DNA of 64,000 nt, from the NCBI GenBank assembly GCA_938004065.1, contig CALKWM010000038.1, forward strand, positions 2,466 through 66,465. Reading direction: 5' to 3'. A program made the position numbers and the translations under genes. The DNA comes from an uncultured bacterium (GTDB taxonomy: Bacteria > Patescibacteriota > JAHJAL01). Below the pieces are notes generated by a model. The model saw only the letters and a list, made by a program, of their open reading frames with translations, had not been told where the DNA came from and ran no database searches. Numbering within the stretch: the first letter of the stretch is position 1; the number at the start of each line of letters is the position of its first letter. Of this stretch, positions 38,240 through 46,389 are shown one piece after another.

Positions 38240-40312
38240 TTGAGGTCAAAATTAAAGATGACTATTCTTAGAAAATATGGTTCTGCAATATTGTATGTAT
38301 TGATATTGCTTGTATTTGGATTTGGATACTGGATGAGTTGGCAAAACAAAATATGGACTGCAGCAAATATCAACGTGCTAATGCTAAGCACAATCAGCAT
38401 GATTGTCCTGGGAGGAATGTGGGCAGTCTTTTTTGCATTGAAGAGGGAATATATTATCTTGTTTCTGATTCCAATTTTAATATTGATAAAGGGTGAAGTG
38501 GTTGGATTGATTGGTTTGGTTGTATGGTTTTTGGCAAATCATACTACGGGAATGTGGATCAAGGATTTTTTGATCAAAAAAAAGAACAGTTTGTTTCAGA
38601 TATTTTTAGCGCAGTTTTTGGGAATGGGGGTCAACGCTTATCTAGTCTGGGGAATAATGCATTTTCCTATTAATTATAGCTGGGTGTATTATTTGATTTT
38701 TGTCTTTGAGATTGTTTTATTTAGGAAACATTTAATTCAATTTGGAAAGAAATTACAGTCAGTTATTTTAGAATTCAAGCCAAATTGGGAAATACGAATT
38801 GTGCTTTTTTTCATAATATATTTTCTTGTTTACAGCTTGAGTTCCTACTACAATTGGGATGATATTGCTAAACATTTGTTTATCGCAAAACAAACCTATT
38901 TGCAGGGGGTGTTTGATTTTGATCCAAGATATGTAGTGGGATTGGACACAAGTATTATTGCTCAGAACTCTTATGTGTCGGGATATATGTTGGGTGGAGA
39001 GATGACTGACAGATTGATAAATCTGATGATGTTTGCTTGCGGATGGTTGGTGTTGGCTGATTTTTGGAGAAACAAATTTGGAAATGGAAGTATTCTCGGA
39101 ATTTTGCTACTGATAATCACTCCTTTTGTGTTGTGGCAAATAGATATTAGCTTTATTGATTCATTTAATTTTTTCTCACTAGTCGTAATATTGATAGTTT
39201 TTTACAAGTTGATACAAAGGATAAAAGGTAAATACTTGACACTATACTTTATCTTGGCTGGTTTGGCATTCTTGACCAAGCAACAATCAGTATTCTTTCT
39301 AATACCGACTAGCGCAGTATTGACCGGTCTGATATTAATCAGAGACAGAAAATATATCAAGCATCTGTTGGTCGGAATAATCGCTTCGATAATGATCGTA
39401 TTGCCAATATTGGGCACAAATTACGCTGTTACTGCCAATCCATTTTATCCCTATATGAATAAAGTTTTTCAATCTGACTATCTGACGAGTGAAAACATAG
39501 GAGATCAATGGAAGAAGGATACATTTCCTCCGGATTTTGTATATGACATCACATTTAATGGGCAAGATTATATTGAAAATCACGCTTATAGTTTCGGTAT
39601 ATCTTATGTGATGTTAATATGGTTTATTCCTGTGATTATTATCGACAAAAAAAGATTGTCCAATGTATTGCTGATACTAACTTTTGCGGTTGGTGTAGCT
39701 ACGTGGTTTTTTGTGTCGGGTCCGTATATGAGATACTTTGTGGCTTTGATGCCTCTGGGTGCAACTTTGATAACTATGACAATTGCAAAGATTCAGGAAA
39801 TTCTAGACAATAAATATATGAAGGGAGTATTTGTTTTTATTTTGGCACCGGTGGTTTTACTAAATTTTTTGTGTATGACAGGTATTTCCAATGTAATGCC
39901 TACATATCCTATAACAAATCTTTATCAAAAAGACGTGGAATTTGTAAGTTATCAGGATATTAAAAAATCTTTTGAAGAAGCTGATAAAATATTTGAAAAT
40001 AACAACAAAGGATTATTGGTGGAATCTCCTGCATTATATTTTGCTAATACAAAAATTGAGAGTTTGTATTGGTATCATTGGAAAAATTATGAAGAAATCG
40101 CCACTTCGGGATTGTTCAATGAAGAATTGAGAGATTTGATTTTTAAAAAAAAAGAATTTGATTATATAGTGATACCAAATACTGACAACTATGGTTTGTT
40201 TACAGAGGAATTTTTGACTCTACTAAAACCAATTTATAAAGGAAATAGCTTTTCAGCGTATATAAATAATGAGAAAACAAGACAAAATACTAGCGATAGT
40301 ACCGGCGTATAA
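38240..40312 (+). CDS. Polytopic membrane protein, probable GT-C glycosyltransferase
   Basis: More than 12 TM helices, WDD loop, LTKQ, NPFYP, YMRY; start possibly 38258. Confidence 0.6.
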   Translation: MRSKLKMTILRKYGSAILYVLILLVFGFGYWMSWQNKIWTAANINVLMLSTISMIVLGGMWAVFFALKREYIILFLIPILILIKGEVVGLIGLVVWFLANHTTGMWIKDFLIKKKNSLFQIFLAQFLGMGVNAYLVWGIMHFPINYSWVYYLIFVFEIVLFRKHLIQFGKKLQSVILEFKPNWEIRIVLFFIIYFLVYSLSSYYNWDDIAKHLFIAKQTYLQGVFDFDPRYVVGLDTSIIAQNSYVSGYMLGGEMTDRLINLMMFACGWLVLADFWRNKFGNGSILGILLLIITPFVLWQIDISFIDSFNFFSLVVILIVFYKLIQRIKGKYLTLYFILAGLAFLTKQQSVFFLIPTSAVLTGLILIRDRKYIKHLLVGIIASIMIVLPILGTNYAVTANPFYPYMNKVFQSDYLTSENIGDQWKKDTFPPDFVYDITFNGQDYIENHAYSFGISYVMLIWFIPVIIIDKKRLSNVLLILTFAVGVATWFFVSGPYMRYFVALMPLGATLITMTIAKIQEILDNKYMKGVFVFILAPVVLLNFLCMTGISNVMPTYPITNLYQKDVEFVSYQDIKKSFEEADKIFENNNKGLLVESPALYFANTKIESLYWYHWKNYEEIATSGLFNEELRDLIFKKKEFDYIVIPNTDNYGLFTEEFLTLLKPIYKGNSFSAYINNEKTRQNTSDSTGV

Positions 40313-40973
40313 CGAATCAAATAATATCCGTAAAGTAATTCTCGATTTGAAGAAGCATTGCCACAATGCAGACGTATTGCTTGTAAACGACTGTTCTACA
40401 GACAAGACATATAAAATAGCAGACAAATACGCTGACTACATTGTTGATTTGCCAATAAATCTTGGCATAGGGGGTGCGGTCCAAACCGGTTTTGTATTTG
40501 CGCGAGACAATAATTATGATATTGCTTTTCAGTTTGACGGTGATGGACAACACAACGCTGAGGAGGTGAAAATATTAATCGATTCAATACAGTCTGGTAA
40601 TGCAGATGTTGTAATTGGATCTAGATTCTTACGAGAAGATGAAGGATTTAAATCTACTGTGTTGCGCAGGATTGGAATAAAGATTTTTTCCTTTATAAAT
40701 TCATTATTGATAAAACAATATATTACTGATAACACATCAGGATTCCGTGCTTATAACTTGAAAGCAATAAAATTTTTATCGGATAATTATCCATCTGATT
40801 ATCCTGAACCTGAGGCGGTAATAATGCTAGGTAAAAAGAATTTCAAAATACTGGAAGTACCGGTACTCATGAAAAAGAGAGAAAAAGGAAAGTCATCGAT
40901 TACTGGTGTATATTCTTTTTATTATATGATAAAAGTGTTGTTAGCAATATTTATGACATCTACAAGGGAGTAA
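40269..40973 (+). CDS. GT2 polyprenol-phosphate glycosyltransferase (DPM1-like)
   Basis: VPAYNE, NDCSTD, FDGDGQH, GSRF, DNTSGFRA. Confidence 0.9.
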   Translation: MRKQDKILAIVPAYNESNNIRKVILDLKKHCHNADVLLVNDCSTDKTYKIADKYADYIVDLPINLGIGGAVQTGFVFARDNNYDIAFQFDGDGQHNAEEVKILIDSIQSGNADVVIGSRFLREDEGFKSTVLRRIGIKIFSFINSLLIKQYITDNTSGFRAYNLKAIKFLSDNYPSDYPEPEAVIMLGKKNFKILEVPVLMKKREKGKSSITGVYSFYYMIKVLLAIFMTSTRE

Positions 40974-40974
40974 A

Positions 40975-41397
40975 ATGTTTGATTTGTTGGACAAAGTGAA
41001 TACGAACAGAATTCAAATTTTTGCTATCATTGGTAGTATATTGTTTTTTGGTTTTGTATTTGAATTGGTGAGAAAAAGAAAGATAAGAGAGCAGTATGCT
41101 TTACTGTGGTTGTTTTTTGGACTTGTTTTTTTAGTTATATCGATATGGCGTGGTTTGCTGGAAAAAATTTCGATAATGCTTGGGATTGTTTATCCACCAG
41201 CGGCTTTTTTGTTGATATTGATAATAGCCATATTTTTGATTTTGATTCAGTATTCCGTAGTAATTTCGCAATTGACTGAGAAAACAAAAAAAATGAGTCA
41301 GGAGATTGGTTTGCTGAAGGAGAAGTTGAATAGAAAAAAGAATAGAAATCACAGCAAAATAAAAATTAAGGAATTGAATTCGATAAGCAACAAGTAA
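40975..41397 (+). CDS. DUF2304 family membrane protein
   Basis: LVRKRKIREQYALLW...GIVYPP...ISQL...QEIGL; typical partner of this GT2. Confidence 0.8.
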   Translation: MFDLLDKVNTNRIQIFAIIGSILFFGFVFELVRKRKIREQYALLWLFFGLVFLVISIWRGLLEKISIMLGIVYPPAAFLLILIIAIFLILIQYSVVISQLTEKTKKMSQEIGLLKEKLNRKKNRNHSKIKIKELNSISNK

Positions 41398-41504
41398 GAG
41401 CAGAATCGCAATATATTTTTTAGATTAATGTACTGGATTTACGATAATTAATGTTCTTTACTCTAACATCATTTCGGGGATGACGAATTATAAAGAGGAT
41501 AATC

Positions 41505-42158
41505 ATGCAACTAATTGAAATCGTAAAACAATCGGATAAAATCCTCGATATCGGGACCGGCCCCGCAGGGTCGCATTTTTATCCATATGCAAAACCGGAG
41601 ACCATTATTGTCGGGATTGATAAATACAACAAACCGGAAGTGGAGCATCCGAATTTTATATATGAAGCGTTGGACGCGATGGATCTGGATAAAGTTGGCA
41701 CAGGATTATTTTCGAAATTCAAACCGGGGTGGATGGAATATTTTGATCTGGTAGTAGCTGATCATGTGATGGAGCATGTCAGTAATCCCGAAAAATTGGT
41801 AACAGGAATTAAAAAAGTATTAAAAAAAGACGGGATTGCACATATCGCGATTCCCGATCCAAATAATTTCACTGAGAAATTTTATCACCTGATTCATCCA
41901 GAGGGTGGTGGACATGTGAGCAAAATTCCAAAAAAAGAACTAATTGCTCTTTTTGAAAAGCATGGTTTTGAGTTGTTGTATTATACTGACATACCTGATG
42001 ATTGGAAGTGGTTGGAATTTTTGTATGATTGGAAACGAAGAGGGATCAAATATTTTGCCAATGAGGATATAAAATCTATCGTGGAGACTTTCCGGAAGGA
42101 ACTAACGGCGGAGAAAGGGTATTTTTATGGCGGTGAGTATTTTTGGCGGAGGAAATGA
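41505..42158 (+). CDS. Class I SAM methyltransferase
   Basis: ILDIGTG, HVMEHV, LKKDG. Confidence 0.85.
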   Translation: MQLIEIVKQSDKILDIGTGPAGSHFYPYAKPETIIVGIDKYNKPEVEHPNFIYEALDAMDLDKVGTGLFSKFKPGWMEYFDLVVADHVMEHVSNPEKLVTGIKKVLKKDGIAHIAIPDPNNFTEKFYHLIHPEGGGHVSKIPKKELIALFEKHGFELLYYTDIPDDWKWLEFLYDWKRRGIKYFANEDIKSIVETFRKELTAEKGYFYGGEYFWRRK

Positions 42159-42165
42159 CAAATTG

Positions 42166-42223
42166 GTAGGGACAGGTTTGAAACCTGTCCCTACCAAAAG
42201 GACAACCCGAGGGTTGCCCCTAC
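42166..42223. repeat. GTAG-type REP doublet
   Basis: GTAGGGACAGGTTTGAAACCTGTCCCTAC plus AGGACAACCCGAGGGTTGCCCCTAC. Confidence 0.8.
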
Positions 42224-42229
42224 AAATAA

Positions 42230-42285
42230 TCATACGCCACCCTGGTTCACGAAAAACATGTGGATGGTACGGATGATGATGAAAT
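42230..42285 (-). pseudogene. Orphan copy of the sugar-transferase 3' end
   Basis: Translates FIIIRTIHMFFVNQGGV* versus gene FIIILRTVRMFFVNRGGV*. Confidence 0.75.
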
Positions 42286-42290
42286 GATTT

Positions 42291-42713
42291 TTATTTTTCT
42301 ATTATGTGCTTTTTGACAAACTTTTCAATCGCTGAAACTGTTTCTTCTTTCATATCAGGTGGACTGCTCGCAATCCAAACGGCGAAATTATAGAACTCAA
42401 CATTGTCGACTTGCAACCATTTGCCATTTTTTTCCAAAAATACCAAGAGTGCAGTGATAGCGATTCGTTTGTTGCCATTTTGAAACGGATGATTTTTTAT
42501 CATTAGATAAAACAATATTGCCGCTTTTCCTGCCAATCCTTTGTATAATGGCTTTTTATCGAATTTTTGAAATGGTACCAGAAGGCAACTTTCAAGAATC
42601 TTGGGGTAACGAGTGAAAAAGTCCGGAATTGGCTCCTGATAATCCATGTACTTCTTGGCGATATAAAAAGCGATTTTTTCTACCTCGGCCAATTTTATGG
42701 ATTTGATTGCCAC
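42291..42713 (-). CDS. Fic/Doc family toxin
   Basis: HPFQNGNKRIA. Confidence 0.9.
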   Translation of the reverse strand: MAIKSIKLAEVEKIAFYIAKKYMDYQEPIPDFFTRYPKILESCLLVPFQKFDKKPLYKGLAGKAAILFYLMIKNHPFQNGNKRIAITALLVFLEKNGKWLQVDNVEFYNFAVWIASSPPDMKEETVSAIEKFVKKHIIEK

Positions 42714-42716
42714 TTT

Positions 42717-42974
42717 TTATTCCTCCCCCAATAATTCGAGTGTGTGCCCATAATCCTTGATTACCCGATCTACTACTCTTTTAATATTTTTTTCTCTCTG
42801 CTTGGAGACTTCAAAGCCAAAAATATCCGTCAAATCCGTTGTGTCTATCACATAGTTGCGACCAACTTTTTGCGCTTTTATTTCTCCCGATTTGATTTTC
42901 TTGAAAACCGCAACATGGGAGATCCCCAATAATTGAGCTAAATCGTTGGTAGAGATTAAATTTTGTTTTTTCAT
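42717..42974 (-). CDS. Excisionase-type HTH protein, putative antitoxin/regulator
   Basis: ISTNDLAQLLGISHVAVFKKIKSGEIKAQKVGRNYVI; C-terminal VIKDYGHTLELLGEE. Confidence 0.8.
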   Translation of the reverse strand: MKKQNLISTNDLAQLLGISHVAVFKKIKSGEIKAQKVGRNYVIDTTDLTDIFGFEVSKQREKNIKRVVDRVIKDYGHTLELLGEE

Positions 42975-43094
42975 ATCTTAACTTATGTTTTATAATTAAT
43001 ATATATTAACTTACTATATATAGGTTAACATATTATTAATTTTATTTCAATAGGATAATTTAAGAGAAAAATAAAGGAGGGAGATGATATATTT

Positions 43095-43141
43095 GTAGGG
43101 GCAATTCCCGCCCAAGGCGGACAGGAGCAACCTGTCCCTAC
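43095..43141. repeat. GTAG-type REP with nested CCGCC-N3-GGCGGA hairpin
   Basis: GTAGGGGCA...CCTGTCCCTAC. Confidence 0.7.
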
Positions 43142-43147
43142 GGGAAA

Positions 43148-43218
43148 TCACACCTCACCACGGTTTACAAAAAACATTCTGACAGTGCGGGGGATGATAA
43201 TTTGATACAAAGTGATCG
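43148..43218 (-). pseudogene. Second orphan copy of the sugar-transferase 3' end
   Basis: Translates IIIPRTVRMFFVNRGEV*; shares TTTACAAAAAACATTCTGACAGTGCGG with 44688-44714. Confidence 0.82.
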
Positions 43219-43301
43219 AATATATTTATTGACCTGAAATTTATATTTGTTTCTTTAAGATAAATAATTATAGAGATAAGATATTTATAAATCTGTCCAA
43301 C

Positions 43302-43737
43302 ATGAAGCCGCTAAATATTGTAATTTTTGAAGTAACAGATTGAGTCGGAAAAACAACTGCTTTCAATAATCTGACAAACTACAGTTTTTATTACATCGAT
43401 CGTTTCACCGGATCGGGGTTTGTTTACGACTCTATTTATGGTCGAGCAGATAATCGTAGTCGGATTATTAATTTTAAAAAAGAATTTTTTAAAAATTAAT
43501 AATGCCATTGTATTTATGGTCTATTTACATTGTGCCCGGAAAGAACAAATTAAACGGATACGACAGTATGACGAAAAATATTTGGACCGAATAGAAAAAT
43601 TGGATTTATCTTTGGAAGGATATCGAGAGTATTTAACATTAACACCTAATAAAATAATTATTGATACTACCAGTTCCTCTCCTAAAAATACAGTCAAAGA
43701 AATTTTGGAACAAATAAATAGGTATTTAAAAAGATAA
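43302..43737 (+). pseudogene. Thymidylate/dNMP-kinase-like pseudogene
   Basis: MKPLNIVIFEVTD*VGKTT (broken P-loop), IDRF..S..VY motif, then a frameshift near 43490 into VFMVYLHC...RI...IIIDT. Confidence 0.7.
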
Positions 43738-43743
43738 TAGTAT

Positions 43744-44187
43744 CTAGCTTTTTTTTACCGCCATTTTTATTTGTGCTCTGGTACCAGTAGGAGAATCAAT
43801 GCCAATCGTATCCAATGCGTCAATTTCCTCGATGTCAAACCAACCATAATCCATAAGTTCCGGAGATAATTTCACTTTAGTTTTGTTGTTATCAATATCT
43901 ACCAAAAAAATTAAGCCCAGGCGATAGATGTCGTTAGAGTCTTTTTGCCAACTGTAACTATGCAAATATTTTACAGGTGTGTCAGATGTAATTTTTATGC
44001 CTACTTCTTCATAAATTTCTCGAATTAAAGTTTGTTCCACCGATTCGCCAATTTCCATTTTCCCTCCCAGATTTTGCCATTTCCCGGGAAAAATATCGTC
44101 GTTTATATTTCTTCTAACTAGAAGATATTTGTGAGCGCTATTTTTTATAACGGCAATTACGGATACAATTTGTAATAAATTGGTCAT
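43744..44187 (-). CDS. NUDIX hydrolase
   Basis: GGKMEIGESVEQTLIREIYEEVG Nudix box. Confidence 0.92.
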   Translation of the reverse strand: MTNLLQIVSVIAVIKNSAHKYLLVRRNINDDIFPGKWQNLGGKMEIGESVEQTLIREIYEEVGIKITSDTPVKYLHSYSWQKDSNDIYRLGLIFLVDIDNNKTKVKLSPELMDYGWFDIEEIDALDTIGIDSPTGTRAQIKMAVKKS

Positions 44188-44266
44188 GGTTTTTTGATAA
44201 TAATTTTACGGATCTATCTCCCCGCCCTTTGGGCAATTCAGAATGTTCAGTTATTCAAACCACCTT

Positions 44267-44610
44267 CATTTCTCAGGATGACAGAGATCCTGAATCGCTC
44301 GAGCGCTCGTATAACTCGCCTCGGGTTCAGGATGACATTGTAATTTGTTTGGAATTTGATTAGACAAGGATGGGTGGAACAACGTAGAACTCCTTCCATT
44401 TCTTAAGATGACAGAGATCCTGAATCGCTCGAGTGCTAGTATAACTCGCCTCGGGTTCAGGATGACATTGTGATTTGTTTGGAATTTGATTAGACAAGGA
44501 TGGGTGGAACAACGTAGAACTCCTTCCATTTCTTAAGATGACAGAGATCCTGAATCGCTCGAGTGCTCGTATAACTCGCCTCGGGTTCAGGATGACATTG
44601 TGATTTGTTT
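44267..44610. repeat. Tandem array, 130-bp period, ~2.6 units, each with a TGTCATCCTGAA hairpin
   Basis: Hairpins at 44283, 44413 and 44543; linkers near-identical. Confidence 0.9.
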
Positions 44611-44672
44611 TCCGCCCAAGGCGGACCAGTCATAAACTGGGGAAATTGGAAATTGATACTTGGAAATTGTCC

Positions 44673-46040
44673 TCAAACCCCTCCCCTATTTACAAAAAAC
44701 ATTCTGACAGTGCGGAGGATAATGATGAAATCCAGGAAAAGTGATCGGTTTTTGAGGTAATAGAGATCGTACTGGAGTTTTTCGTCGGCGTCGGAAAAGG
44801 ACGCGCTGTAGTTCATATTGATTTGCGCCCAACCGGTTAATCCCGGTTTGATGAGATGTCTTTTGTAATATAATTTTTGTCGTTGTTCCAGTTTGCCAGT
44901 AAATTCCGGCCGTTCGGGACGGGGACCGACGAGACTCATGTCCCCTATCAAAATATTCCAAAATTGCGGGAGCTCATCGAGACAAGATTTGCGCAGGAAT
45001 CGGCCGATGTTGGTAACTCGGTTGTCGTGGGTGGTAGCCCATTTGGCTTTTTTGGTTTCGGCATTTACCGTCATGGTGCGAATTTTGTAGAGATTGAATA
45101 CTTGATTATTGATGCCCATCCGAGATTGCGAGTAGAAAAACGGACCGCGAGAGTCGATTTTGACCAGAATGTATAATAGTGGAAATAAAATAACAAAAAT
45201 AATTAATCCGATCAAACCGGCCACGATATCGATCAATCTCTTGAAATAGATATTGATTTTATGCGGAGAGTGGTTGATATTGGCAAAAATTATCTGGCTG
45301 ATATGCTCCAAGGGGATTTTGCCGGTTAGGTGCTCGTACAGGTAAGAGATGTCAATCAGTTGAGCGTGGTTGGTCAAGCAGTAATCGGTAATTATCGCCA
45401 ATTCATCATGATGGTTGGACAATTTGTTGATGTCCAGAACGATAACATCGATTTGCCGGCGAGCGAGAATTTTTTTGATGTCACCGAGGTGACCGATAGT
45501 TTTTAATTGATTGTTGCGAATAGATTGATTGGTAACTATCATACCGTTTAATTGATAGCCAAAAGAGGGATTGGAATTGATCAGGCGAGATAAATTGGAT
45601 TCAAATTTCTGATTGCCGATAATAATGATTTTTTTTAACAGTGGGCGGGAGATGAAGATTTTGTTGAAAATTATCCGCCAGACAAAAAGGGAAAAGCCGG
45701 TAACTAAAAGCAGGATAATCAAAATAGTTTTGGGGGTAATGTTGAAGGCGGGAAAACTGTAAAAAAAGATAATTGATATGATAAAGTTAATTATAGATGA
45801 GCGAAGAGTGGCATAGGTTAAAAATTGTATATTGGAAAACTGAAAATAGTCGTAAAGTTGGTTGATATAGTACACAATCAGCCAGAGGACAAAAACCGGA
45901 ATAAAGACATACAAATGCTCGCGATAGTTGTAAAAAATATCGTTTAATATTTGGTATCGGATAAAAACACTTAGCCAGAGGGCGAGGATCAAAATACACA
46001 GGTCGCCCGAAAATAATGTAAGACGTTTAACGAGATTCAT
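44673..46040 (-). CDS. Priming polyprenyl-phosphate sugar transferase (WcaJ/CpsE-like)
   Basis: FKRLIDI, KIRTM, DELPQFWNIL.GDMSLVGPRPER, KPGLTGWAQ. Confidence 0.93.
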   Translation of the reverse strand: MNLVKRLTLFSGDLCILILALWLSVFIRYQILNDIFYNYREHLYVFIPVFVLWLIVYYINQLYDYFQFSNIQFLTYATLRSSIINFIISIIFFYSFPAFNITPKTILIILLLVTGFSLFVWRIIFNKIFISRPLLKKIIIIGNQKFESNLSRLINSNPSFGYQLNGMIVTNQSIRNNQLKTIGHLGDIKKILARRQIDVIVLDINKLSNHHDELAIITDYCLTNHAQLIDISYLYEHLTGKIPLEHISQIIFANINHSPHKINIYFKRLIDIVAGLIGLIIFVILFPLLYILVKIDSRGPFFYSQSRMGINNQVFNLYKIRTMTVNAETKKAKWATTHDNRVTNIGRFLRKSCLDELPQFWNILIGDMSLVGPRPERPEFTGKLEQRQKLYYKRHLIKPGLTGWAQINMNYSASFSDADEKLQYDLYYLKNRSLFLDFIIILRTVRMFFVNRGGV

Positions 46041-46199
46041 TGAGGAGAAATTACAAATTACAAATTACTAATTACGAGATAAAAAACTTTTCCCAGCCCA
46101 AGGCTGGTCCGCCCAGGGCGGAAAACTTGTTCAAACATTTTTAAACTTTCCAAAATTTATGAAGTAGAAAGTGAAAAGTTGGAAAGTGAAAATTTTTTC

Positions 46200-46300
46200 T
46201 GGATCCCCAATCCAGCATTCGCCGGACAAGTTGTCTAATCGCTCGTCCCTCGCTTTCGACTCGAGGATGACAGATAAGAAAATTAATTAGCACTACTCAT
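46200..46300. repeat. TGTCATCC hairpin plus one MITE-like end
   Basis: GGATGACAGATAAGAAAATTAATTAGCACTACTCAT matches the reverse complement of 14703-14738 with one mismatch. Confidence 0.75.
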
Positions 46301-46389
46301 TAATTTAAGTTTGCTAAGTTTGAAAATTGGTATGCTTGATAAGTTTATAATTGATTCTAATCTAATTTAACCATAACTAATAATAAAAA

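Noticed and set aside
44266-44529. ORFs 44266-44529 and 24504-24776 containing CHPEPE peptides
   Set aside because: Translations of the palindromic repeat, with no independent coding evidence.
44267-44610. CRISPR array
   Set aside because: The spacers are near-identical, the repeat is ~55 bp and belongs to the dispersed hairpin family, and no cas genes are present.
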